Shown: piece by piece, positions 10,333-19,243 of the stretch
How positions within the stretch are numbered: the stretch's first letter is position 1
Layout: each line of letters begins with the position of its first letter
Origin: Promethearchaeota archaeon
GTDB taxonomy: Archaea > Asgardarchaeota > Lokiarchaeia > Sigyniarchaeales > SOKP01
Length of the DNA: 64,000 bases
Assembly: GCA_030599585.1 (NCBI GenBank)
Contig: JAUVNS010000017.1
Coordinates: forward strand, 1-64,000
Direction: 5' to 3'
Translations under genes and position numbers: made by a program
The notes under the pieces: model-generated
Seen by the model: only the letters and a program-made list of their open reading frames with translations
Told to the model about the DNA's origin: nothing
Databases searched by the model: none

Positions 10333-10370
10333 ATGAACTTATCTTGAAAATGTTTGAAGATTAAGTGATT
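10333..10370 (+). promoter_or_regulatory. Eukaryote-like SECIS element in the 3' UTR
   Basis: ATGA(10333-36)-ACTTATCTT-GAAAATGTTTG-AAGATTAAGT-GAT. This gives a UGAN/NGAN core with tandem G.A pairs, a paired helix II (CTTA/TAAG, TCTT/AAGA) and an apical A-run. Confidence 0.75.
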
Positions 10371-10495
10371 CACGGTTGTGCCCGTGCCGTATTTAAAGAA
10401 CTCTCTTTTTTGTTAAACTTGACAATACATTTATAAACATGCCCATCTAATTATTGGTAACTTACTAAATCTAATAAAAAAAATATATGTAAAGA

Positions 10496-11050
10496 TTGGT
10501 GATTATGAGACCGTCTCGCGTATTTAGATTAATTGTTAGAGTTTTCTTGTTAGTTTTTACGCTATCGTTATCAGCTGTATCTATTTTAGGAGGTTGGTCT
10601 GCTGTAACGATCTTGAATCCTAGTAGTAACGATATTAATATACCCGATGGAGATATTACCACAAATTTTGACATTGGTAATAGTTCGATAGAAATTATTG
10701 TTCCATTCAATATTTCAAATGGAGGGGTATATGAATTATCGAATATATTTCTAAGATTTCAAGTTAGTATGACTTTTGGAAATAAATCAACACTTAATAA
10801 TGATACAACAACCGTTAAGATTTTTGATAGCCCTCAATCTTATGGATCTATATTACCTGGACAAACTCTTAAAGCAAATTACAATGCTTCTGGATCATTA
10901 CCTCTTTCTGAAGTAGATAGATATAGATCGCCTAATGCATTAGAATTCTACGCAAACCTTACATTTAGTGCTTCTTATTCGCTAAATCTATACACCTTTA
11001 CAGTTAATATAATTAAATATTCAATGGGGAATTTTTCATGGTTTCCATGA
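10496..11050 (+). CDS. Single-TM membrane protein with an extracellular beta-rich (LEA-2/Ig-like) domain
   Basis: N-terminal hydrophobic helix, PFNISNGG motif, many sequons. The start may be ATG 10505. Confidence 0.65.
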   Translation: MVIMRPSRVFRLIVRVFLLVFTLSLSAVSILGGWSAVTILNPSSNDINIPDGDITTNFDIGNSSIEIIVPFNISNGGVYELSNIFLRFQVSMTFGNKSTLNNDTTTVKIFDSPQSYGSILPGQTLKANYNASGSLPLSEVDRYRSPNALEFYANLTFSASYSLNLYTFTVNIIKYSMGNFSWFP

Positions 11051-11061
11051 TGGTGATTTAA

Positions 11062-11577
11062 ATGGGACGAGCTTTCAATATTGTAAAAGGATTAATATTT
11101 ATGAGCGTTTATATAGCAACCACAATGGTTATACCATTTCTCACTTTTACATGGATAAAGGAGGTCCAAATCTTAGGTGTTGGAATTGTATTAACACAAC
11201 ACGATTATGAGAAAATTATTTTTTGGATTTCTGCATTCGGACTACTTATTAGTTCAACAGCATTTTTTAACTATTCATCTCCCAAGCAGTCTATAAGAAA
11301 AGGAACTTTTGCTTTGGTACAAATTATATTAAACTGTCTATATATCTGGTCATATAAATTTAGTGGAGCCACTGAAATCCGTTTCGAAATAGTAATTGAA
11401 ATAGCAAATTTAGGTTTTATTTCTATAAACATTGAAAAAATGGTCATGCTCTATATGGGGGTTTATTTTCTCACCATAATACTTAAAGGATATGATTTCT
11501 TCGACTTTCTTCTCAATCGGAAGAATATTAGAGAGAAAAGATATAAGAAAAAGGAAGGAGGTAACGATTTATCATGA
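11062..11577 (+). CDS. Hypothetical 4-TM membrane protein
   Basis: Four hydrophobic segments and a basic C-terminus. GGTGA upstream; ATGA overlap with the next gene. Confidence 0.75.
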   Translation: MGRAFNIVKGLIFMSVYIATTMVIPFLTFTWIKEVQILGVGIVLTQHDYEKIIFWISAFGLLISSTAFFNYSSPKQSIRKGTFALVQIILNCLYIWSYKFSGATEIRFEIVIEIANLGFISINIEKMVMLYMGVYFLTIILKGYDFFDFLLNRKNIREKRYKKKEGGNDLS

Positions 11578-12386
11578 TATTTGCAACTGTTGATTATATA
11601 CAAATTATTGCAGATATAGTTGCTGCTATTTTAAATTTTTTAAATCCAATTGTAAGTCCGATGGGTGAATTTATGGTATATTGGATGGGATTTGTTTTAG
11701 AATTCTTTCCTGAAGATGAATTAATTGTTTATATTTCAATAGCAATTGTAATAGTTATCCTTGGGCTTATTGTGAACATTGCTTGGCCAGGTAATAAAAG
11801 ACCAGGTTTCCTTAAAAAAGTAGATGAAGTCGAAGAAAAGATAGAGCGAAAAGTAGAAGAGCTAGATGAAAAAATCGAAGCTAAAGTTAAAGAAGTTGAA
11901 GATAAAGTAGAAGAGAAGATCGCAGAGATCGAAACTAAAGTCAAAAAAAAGGCAAAGAAAGCGAAAAAGAAAGCAAAAGACCTTGAGAAAAAAGCGGATG
12001 AATTAGAAGAAAGAGTAGAAGAAATTGATGCAAAAATCAAGAAGAAAAAGAAAAAAAAGGTAAAAACTAAGGAATTGGAAGAGAAACTAGAGGAATTAGA
12101 AGAAAAGGCTGAAAAACTCGAAGATTTAGCTGAAGAATTAGAAAAAGATGCTGAAGAATTAGAAGGAGATGCTGAAGAATTAGAAGAAGATGCAGAAGAA
12201 TTAGAAGAAGAAGTTGAGGAATTAGAAGAAGATACTGAGGAAATAAAAGAAGAAACCGAGGAATTAGAAGGAGATGCTGAGGAATTAGAAAAAGAAGCGG
12301 ATACATTGGAGGAAGAAATAGAGGAACTAGAAGATGATATCGACAACGTTGAAAAAGAATTAGAAAAAGCTACAGATAAGGAGTAG
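11574..12386 (+). CDS. Membrane-anchored coiled-coil protein with acidic heptad repeats
   Basis: N-terminal TM helix, K/E-rich region, then repeated (D/E)AEELE(E/G/K). Confidence 0.75.
   Translation: MIFATVDYIQIIADIVAAILNFLNPIVSPMGEFMVYWMGFVLEFFPEDELIVYISIAIVIVILGLIVNIAWPGNKRPGFLKKVDEVEEKIERKVEELDEKIEAKVKEVEDKVEEKIAEIETKVKKKAKKAKKKAKDLEKKADELEERVEEIDAKIKKKKKKKVKTKELEEKLEELEEKAEKLEDLAEELEKDAEELEGDAEELEEDAEELEEEVEELEEDTEEIKEETEELEGDAEELEKEADTLEEEIEELEDDIDNVEKELEKATDKE
12130..12295 (+). repeat. Imperfect 21-bp tandem repeat encoding heptads (gatgctgaagaattagaagNa)
   Basis: Successive gctgaagaattagaa / gaggaattagaa units at 21-bp spacing. Confidence 0.8.
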
Positions 12387-12559
12387 GTATCAAAGAATTT
12401 TAGCTATAATTTAAAATTAAATTATTTACATTTTATTTTCCTTTTTAGAATCAAACTGTTTTTAGATAACAACATAATTTTTTTACATTAAAACTTAAAT
12501 TATCGGTTAATCATTAATGTAATTATAGGTTTGAGATAAGAATTTCACCGTAATAGATT

Positions 12560-13300
12560 ATGAGTTCAAATCAAAATATTGATAGATACAAGCAGAAAAA
12601 AGAAATCATTGAAGAACTAGATTTTTATAAATCAATAATTTTAAAAAAAATGGATACTGAAGATTTCAACTCTGCTTTAATAAAAATTGAATCTGCTTTA
12701 ACTCTCCTAAATGATTATCAGACAGATTTTGATTTGGAAAAAGAGACTAAGATTTTCACTCAATTACATCAAAAACTCCGGGTTGAATTTGATAATCATC
12801 GTAATCTCTATATAAGGCGATATAACAATCTTCGGAAAGAAACCCTCACTGAAGCTAATTTGGAAAATTTCATAAAACTTTTAGCAATGTTAAAGAATGA
12901 AGTCGATAATAATCTAATTCAATATAACCTTCATGATTTACGCGATGGTATTAATTCTTATTTCACCTATATTAAAAAATTATATACAATCATTAGTTCT
13001 TATAAAGTTCTTAACTATAACGACGCTTCAGGGAAGATTTTAAGCTATATTAAAGAGTCTAAAGATGTTAATTTTCCCAATTTAAAAGTACTAGTTACTA
13101 TTATTTATCAAAAATTAATATTTCTTCAGTTTGAAATAATGTCTGAGATATACGAAAAACTAAGTATCAATGAAATATCTGAAAAATTGTCGATATCCCC
13201 TGGTAAAATTGAAGATCTAATTAATCTTATCGTGGCCAATCCAAAAAGTCCCATAAAAAAATATATACAATATAATCGAGAAGTAATTTTTAATAAGTGA
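12560..13300 (+). CDS. Helical protein with a C-terminal PCI-like winged-helix
   Basis: C-terminal YEKLSINEISEKLSISPGKIEDLINLIV resembles the PCI winged-helix; the N-terminus is all-helical. Confidence 0.55.
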   Translation: MSSNQNIDRYKQKKEIIEELDFYKSIILKKMDTEDFNSALIKIESALTLLNDYQTDFDLEKETKIFTQLHQKLRVEFDNHRNLYIRRYNNLRKETLTEANLENFIKLLAMLKNEVDNNLIQYNLHDLRDGINSYFTYIKKLYTIISSYKVLNYNDASGKILSYIKESKDVNFPNLKVLVTIIYQKLIFLQFEIMSEIYEKLSINEISEKLSISPGKIEDLINLIVANPKSPIKKYIQYNREVIFNK

Positions 13301-13329
13301 AATCAAAAAGATTATCTGAAATTTAAAAT

Positions 13330-14256
13330 CTATAAAGCCCGATAATGCTCAGCTCTTAAAAATTTTTTATTTTTTAAACCAGACTCAATAAGGGTTAATA
13401 TTTTAGATTTATCTCTTTCTAATACACCTCTAAGTGGTAAATAATTAGAGGCATGATTAGACCTAAAGATACAATTTGCAGATTTATTAGTAAAATTTAT
13501 GGTCTCAATAAATAGCTTTAATTCGTTTAAAATCTCATTAGAGCTCATTTCTGTGAAATCACCTTTTGTTTTTCTTTCATACATCTTTGTTCCTGAGGGA
13601 ACCATAAGAGATAAAAACGCAATATACCATATCCTATCGTCGTCAGGACAGATTTTATTTACTAAATCGGCTGATTCAAGAGCATGAGTTTTAGAAATGC
13701 TCTCGTTATATGCCCCTCCAAGACCGTTAATAAATGTCGCAGACAATGTAATGTTTGCTTTCATTAATTTCCTTGAAGCATTAATAAAATCCATTTTGGT
13801 GGCGTTTTTATGTACCGTCTTGAGTAGTTCATCAGAGCCACTTTCAAATCCCACATAAGCAATTTTGAGCCCAGCATCTGATAAAGCTTTCAAATCATCA
13901 TCAGATTTTTTCAATATATCCTTTGCATGAGCATAAACGCCTACTCTTTCTAAATTAGGAAAATTCTTCATAGCATAATTAGTAAGCTCTAATAATTTTT
14001 CTACGGGGGTTACCATTGCATTACCGTCTAAGAAAAATAATTTGCGCACTGATGAACTATATCTGCTTCTTGCTCCGATGTCTAAATCTCTTTTAACTTC
14101 ATCGACTGATCGAATTTTAAAATTTTTTCGAAGATTTGACATACAGAAATCGCAGCGATATGTACAACCCTCAGTTAATTGAATCAATAGAGAATTTCCT
14201 TCTGATGGAGGGCGAAAAACAGGATTACGATAGTAAATTATTTCTTGATTATTCAT
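13330..14256 (-). CDS. Radical SAM protein
   Basis: FRPPSE, CTYRCDFC (CxxxCxxC), GFESGS, SNHASNY. Confidence 0.9.
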   Translation of the reverse strand: MNNQEIIYYRNPVFRPPSEGNSLLIQLTEGCTYRCDFCMSNLRKNFKIRSVDEVKRDLDIGARSRYSSSVRKLFFLDGNAMVTPVEKLLELTNYAMKNFPNLERVGVYAHAKDILKKSDDDLKALSDAGLKIAYVGFESGSDELLKTVHKNATKMDFINASRKLMKANITLSATFINGLGGAYNESISKTHALESADLVNKICPDDDRIWYIAFLSLMVPSGTKMYERKTKGDFTEMSSNEILNELKLFIETINFTNKSANCIFRSNHASNYLPLRGVLERDKSKILTLIESGLKNKKFLRAEHYRAL

Positions 14257-14330
14257 AACTATTTTTTACATTGAATAACATATATTTTGAGATTGAAAAG
14301 AAAAAATCTTTTTCATTGGGGTTTTTTAGC

Positions 14331-14996
14331 TTATTTATCTTTTTCTTTGTCCGCATCGTCAGGTCGTTGTGGACAGGAGGTAATGTGGCGTCCTAATCTG
14401 ACAAATTCCTTTTTACAATAAGGACAAGCTTGTTTTTTTTTAGTTGACTTTCCTGAAGCTGCTGTAGGTTTTTTCTTTTTCTTTTTTGCAGGCATAATAT
14501 CTTTTATACTTGCATCTTCAGGAGCAAATTCGCAATTTGGTAAGTGGGTTCTTAAATCTCCAAATACTTCGCCACAAAACGGACATTCTAACGAAAAATC
14601 ATCAGAATCGTCAAGTTGATCTTTTCCCGCTTTTCTTTTTTCGAATTTTTGAGAAACTTCTTCATCCTCTTCTTCAAATTCATCACTTGATAAATCGAGT
14701 TCGCTATCAACTGCTAGTTCAGCTAATTCAAATGCCTCTAATTCTATTTTTTTCTCCTTAATTTTCTTCTCTGCACCTTTTCTACTCTCTTCATAAACAT
14801 CTGAATTTCGCTGAGTAGTTTGTACGTACAAAGCGCATACTTGGCATGTATAAGCCTTTTTGCCTAGTACTAAATCTCTTTCAGCACAGTAGCAAAGGGG
14901 TTGTAAACTATTGGAAATATCTCCCATTGAAGTGAGATGTTTACAAGCAAATTTGCGTGCAAATGTCATTTTTTGTTTTTTACGTGGAATTGTCAA
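14331..14996 (-). CDS. Zinc-finger protein with two C2HC fingers and acidic/basic linkers
   Basis: CPFCGEVFGDLRTHLPNC and CPYCKKEFVRLGRHITSC, plus an N-terminal Cys cluster. Confidence 0.7.
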   Translation of the reverse strand: MTIPRKKQKMTFARKFACKHLTSMGDISNSLQPLCYCAERDLVLGKKAYTCQVCALYVQTTQRNSDVYEESRKGAEKKIKEKKIELEAFELAELAVDSELDLSSDEFEEEDEEVSQKFEKRKAGKDQLDDSDDFSLECPFCGEVFGDLRTHLPNCEFAPEDASIKDIMPAKKKKKKPTAASGKSTKKKQACPYCKKEFVRLGRHITSCPQRPDDADKEKDK

Positions 14997-15099
14997 CCAA
15001 CCAGAAAAAGTATGTAATAAGAATAATATATCCTAAAATTTAATTTTTTTGATTGTTCTCACCTAAATTAAGAAAAATATTTTTAGTAGTATGTCGAGA

Positions 15100-16635
15100 T
15101 TAGAAGTTGTAACGAATATCTTTCAAGTCTTTAACGACTTTCGTTTTAATTTCTGTATTTTCAATATCTGATAATAAAACATCAACAATATCTCTTAAAT
15201 CTACAATTTTTTCAATTAAAACTTCCGGCTTGCTCCACGGAGTAATTCTTAGAGGATGACTATAAATTAAACCGTTATTAAAATTATCTATGGCTTCACG
15301 ATAGAAAAGGCACGCCTGTCCAATACTCTTAATTTTTTTCTCATAGATCAACCCAATTCTATTAAAAGCCATTCCAGCACCAGCAAAATCTTTAACTTTA
15401 ATGAATTCTACAGCTGCCTCTTCTATTTTTTTTAAACCAAATTCTATGGCATCTAGTTCTTCCTCTTTTACGACAATGTAACCAATGATATAATTGGCAA
15501 TACCTTTATAAAATGTCTGATTGTTATTTTCTGCTACTTTGAATAACTCTTCAGCAAATTCTCGAGCAAGGACCAAATGATTATTTGAAATGCAGAATCT
15601 TGTCACCTTTCTAAGTAAGTCCATAACACGATTCATATCGTTTATTTTTTTATATTTTTCAATACCTTGACGATAATTTTCTATACCTGTGAAAGGATCT
15701 TTATTTTTAAAAGCTTGATTTCCTTGATATATAATCTGTTCAGCTGATTCTTTTATGATGTTCTCATCCATACTTGTCTGATAAGATATATCATTCATAC
15801 TGAATTGCATATCCTCATATAAGGGGATTTCTACAAGGTTTTCTTCATTTAAATCGGAATTTTGATTATCCAATACCTCATCTAAATCTTTATAATTCGA
15901 CTCAAGTTTATGTTGTTCCTTAAAAGCCTCTTGAAGTGGTTTTCCTGCTGAAGCTAATGAAGATAACTCCGCGAGAACGTTTGCAAAAAAGAATTTGTTT
16001 AATCCTTCAACAACATAATCGATTTTATGATAGTTATTTTCAAACTCAACAGAATTTTGATCTATGGTGACATCAGTCAATCTATATATCTCAAATCCCG
16101 TGTCATATTTAGTTAGAATATTGTTTTCAATTTTTTCTTCTCTTTTCTTTCCGAGAATAGTATGATCAAAAACTAGACCACAAAAATCAGGATTGTTTTG
16201 TTGGAACCATAACTGGTTAGAAATATCAATATCTGAAAAGAAAAGCGATAATCCAGGGTGAGAATGAAACCATCCTACCATAAAATGCCCATTTCCCTCT
16301 CCATATAATAGATCTTCTATTTCGGATATAAATACATAGTGTCGTTCATCTAATTGTACATCTGTATCATGACCGAAGGTTAATGGATATGAATTCTTCA
16401 CATATACAAAATCGTCATCAGCATATCCCGTTAAAATACCGTAAATTTCTTTCCAATCTTTTGAAGGAATTGATTGGTTTGCATATCTACTCGCATATAA
16501 AATAATATTCTTATAAGCTTCAGCATTGATTATTACCGGTTTATTGTTTCTTGCTGATTCTTTTTCACTATCTGAAATTTGCTCGAGGGAATTTTCATCT
16601 TCATCAGGATTTTTTTTTTCAAATTCCTCTGTCAT
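15100..16635 (-). CDS. JAB1/MPN+ (JAMM) metalloprotease with C-terminal TPR/SNAP-like helical repeats
   Basis: EIYGILTG...GWFHSHPGLSLFFSDID is an intact JAMM motif, Rpn11/CSN5-like. Confidence 0.85.
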   Translation of the reverse strand: MTEEFEKKNPDEDENSLEQISDSEKESARNNKPVIINAEAYKNIILYASRYANQSIPSKDWKEIYGILTGYADDDFVYVKNSYPLTFGHDTDVQLDERHYVFISEIEDLLYGEGNGHFMVGWFHSHPGLSLFFSDIDISNQLWFQQNNPDFCGLVFDHTILGKKREEKIENNILTKYDTGFEIYRLTDVTIDQNSVEFENNYHKIDYVVEGLNKFFFANVLAELSSLASAGKPLQEAFKEQHKLESNYKDLDEVLDNQNSDLNEENLVEIPLYEDMQFSMNDISYQTSMDENIIKESAEQIIYQGNQAFKNKDPFTGIENYRQGIEKYKKINDMNRVMDLLRKVTRFCISNNHLVLAREFAEELFKVAENNNQTFYKGIANYIIGYIVVKEEELDAIEFGLKKIEEAAVEFIKVKDFAGAGMAFNRIGLIYEKKIKSIGQACLFYREAIDNFNNGLIYSHPLRITPWSKPEVLIEKIVDLRDIVDVLLSDIENTEIKTKVVKDLKDIRYNF

Positions 16636-16740
16636 GTCAATATTATCTTAAGCTCTTTATCTGTATATCGTATAACCTTTAGAATAATATAATAGTGTTC
16701 TTAAATAAAATTATGGATTAATAAAAATGATAATTTAGAA

Positions 16741-17271
16741 TTAGGGTCCAAAATTAGCTTTTTTAGCTTTTTCTGCTAACTCAAGGACCTTTTTTGTAAA
16801 CTTCAAATCAGGAACAATTTCTAAAGCCTTCTTTAGAGATGTTATTGCTTTATCAAATTGCTTTATATTATAGTAGGCAGAGCCTAAATTTGTCCAAACG
16901 CTTTCATCGGTATTGTCAATTTCCAAGGCTTTTTTACTTGTATCTATAGCTTTTTCAAAGTGCCCTGCATCAATATAAATCGAACTTAATTCCCTCCATG
17001 ATATCGCTAATTTAGGATTAATTTTAATAGCTCTATTTAAAGCTAATATAGCTTGATCGTAGTCTTCAATTTCATAATAAATATATCCAAGGTTATGCCA
17101 ATTTATAGCGTCCTTTGGATTCAGTTTCAGTGCTTCTAAATAAGCTTCGATAGCTTTATTATGCTCCATATTTTGAAAGTAGGCGTATCCTAACTTGATC
17201 CAAATCGCAGCATTAGCTTTGTTTTTTTTTAAAATGTTTTTTAAAACTTCGATTTCTGTTGTCATAATCAA
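16741..17271 (-). CDS. Tetratricopeptide repeat protein
   Basis: Four 34-aa W..LG..Y......A...Y..AL...P repeats. Confidence 0.9.
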   Translation of the reverse strand: MIMTTEIEVLKNILKKNKANAAIWIKLGYAYFQNMEHNKAIEAYLEALKLNPKDAINWHNLGYIYYEIEDYDQAILALNRAIKINPKLAISWRELSSIYIDAGHFEKAIDTSKKALEIDNTDESVWTNLGSAYYNIKQFDKAITSLKKALEIVPDLKFTKKVLELAEKAKKANFGP

Positions 17272-17309
17272 ACCATAATGATATTTAGGTTTGTTAAATA
17301 CACAAATGT

Positions 17310-18527
17310 CTATAGAACTCCTCTTTTTTTGAATCCTTTAATTTCTTCCGGTGTATAATTAAGCCATTGAAGAATTTCTTTAGAGTTTTGACCCATTCTT
17401 GGTGCGATATTTCTTATCGATAAGGGTGTTCTCGAATATTTTATTGGAGAATTAATATTATGAATTTTTCCAAATTTGGGGTGTGGTAGTTCCACAACCA
17501 TATTTCTTGCTTTAAGTTGCGGATCTTCACAAGCTTCACTAAAATTTTTTACAGGCATGACGCAAGAGTCAATTTTCGAAAATATTTCCATCCATTCTTC
17601 TCGAGTTTTCTTTAAAAATTCGTTTTGAACTTCCCGGAATACTTCTTCTTTTTCTTCTCCAAGAGCATTCCCTTTCGTTATTAAATCCTCGCGCCCAAGA
17701 CCTTCGCACACTCCGCGCCAGAATTTTAATTCAATTGCACCAACAGATAAGTATTTATTATCTTTAGTTTTATAAATTGAATAGAAGGGGACTTCTCCGT
17801 GCAGTGGATTTCTTGGTTTAGTCATACCATCGTATAGTTCTTTGGAAAACTGAAAAGCTGCTGCCATTGGCATAAAAGAAAAAACGCAATCTGTCATCGA
17901 AATATCTATGTACTGCCCCTCCTTATTGGGATTTTTATCTCTTTCAATTAACGCACCCAGAATCCCGATTATTGATATTAAACCACCCCCTACATCGGCC
18001 GCTTGTACTCCTGGAAGAACTGGCTTTCTATCTTGATTTTTTTCTCCAGTAAGTTCCCTTTCTTTATTTAAGTCTAACATTCCACAAATACCAATATAAT
18101 TTAAATCATGCCCCGCATATTGTTCGTAAGGACCATCTTGACCGTATCCTGTTAATGAACAATAAATTATCGACTTATTAATTTTAGAAAGAGTTTTATA
18201 ATCTACTTTTAATTTCTCTGTTACCTTTGGCCTGAATGTTTCTAGAATTATATCTGCTCTTTCAACTAATTTGTAAAAGATTTCTTGGGCTTCTTCCTTT
18301 TTCAAATTGAGAGTAATAGACTTTTTATTTCTCATTATTACTGAATTAAATGCGCTTTCGCGATACCTACCTATTTGAAAAAATGGAGGTGGACTCCCGT
18401 ATGGATACCTAGGATCCTCAACTCTAATGACCTCTGCACCGAGGTCTGCTAATATCATTGAAGCGTATGGACCAGGTAGCATCCTTGCGAGATCTATAAC
18501 AACAATTCCTTCTAAAGGCAAACTCAT
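17310..18527 (-). CDS. Family III CoA-transferase (CaiB/BaiF; alpha-methylacyl-CoA racemase-like)
   Basis: LPGPYASMILADLGAEVI, RNKKSITLNLK, GHDLNY. Confidence 0.92.
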   Translation of the reverse strand: MSLPLEGIVVIDLARMLPGPYASMILADLGAEVIRVEDPRYPYGSPPPFFQIGRYRESAFNSVIMRNKKSITLNLKKEEAQEIFYKLVERADIILETFRPKVTEKLKVDYKTLSKINKSIIYCSLTGYGQDGPYEQYAGHDLNYIGICGMLDLNKERELTGEKNQDRKPVLPGVQAADVGGGLISIIGILGALIERDKNPNKEGQYIDISMTDCVFSFMPMAAAFQFSKELYDGMTKPRNPLHGEVPFYSIYKTKDNKYLSVGAIELKFWRGVCEGLGREDLITKGNALGEEKEEVFREVQNEFLKKTREEWMEIFSKIDSCVMPVKNFSEACEDPQLKARNMVVELPHPKFGKIHNINSPIKYSRTPLSIRNIAPRMGQNSKEILQWLNYTPEEIKGFKKRGVL

Positions 18528-18590
18528 AATAATATAAATTAAACCTTACTATTATAAAAAAATTAAGAAAATTAAGGAATCACTACGAGA

Positions 18591-19112
18591 TTACAATTCT
18601 ATGATCTCTGCTTCCATAGTTTCAGTGTCAATGATGGCAAATGTAGGTTTATCAGTCAAATATCCGCAAAGTTCACCGGGATTAAGTATCAGAACGCCTT
18701 TATGTTTTCTATTAACCATAATATGCGTATGGCCTGAGAGTATAATGTCAAACATGCCCGAATTCGCCAGAGCATCAATCGTTTCTTTTTTTGGCATATG
18801 AGACGCATAAATTCGTTTTCCACCTAACTCCATTATGTGTTCATTCCCATTTTGAGGAAAATCACAAATTCTTCCCAGAAGTACTGTTAAATATAATCGT
18901 TCTCCATCATTGTTCCCAAAAACGGAAAAAAATTGATTTTTTGTTGAATTGTTTAGCTTATCAAACCATTTTATGACAAATGGGGAAACTAAATCCCCGC
19001 AATGTATAAGAGCTTCAACATTCTTTTCATTTATTATAGAAACAGCTTTCAAAATATTATCACGATGATCGTGAGAATCGGAAATAACCGCAATTAGCAA
19101 TTTAAAATTCAC
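18591..19112 (-). CDS. YfcE/MJ0936-family metallophosphoesterase
   Basis: SDSH, HCGD, GNND, GHTH, NPG. Confidence 0.9.
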   Translation of the reverse strand: MNFKLLIAVISDSHDHRDNILKAVSIINEKNVEALIHCGDLVSPFVIKWFDKLNNSTKNQFFSVFGNNDGERLYLTVLLGRICDFPQNGNEHIMELGGKRIYASHMPKKETIDALANSGMFDIILSGHTHIMVNRKHKGVLILNPGELCGYLTDKPTFAIIDTETMEAEIIEL

Positions 19113-19243
19113 ACTCTTTATATTTTTATTCAGAATTAACTAATAATGTAAAAACAATTATAAAAATCTTATTTTCACAAATAAATATATTGAAATTCAA
19201 TTATTATTAATACGAATTATATAAATAGAAAAGCGAATCAACA

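Noticed and set aside
11729-12346. 205-aa Ser-rich minus-strand ORF
   Set aside because: Antisense shadow of the Glu/Lys-rich repeat gene.
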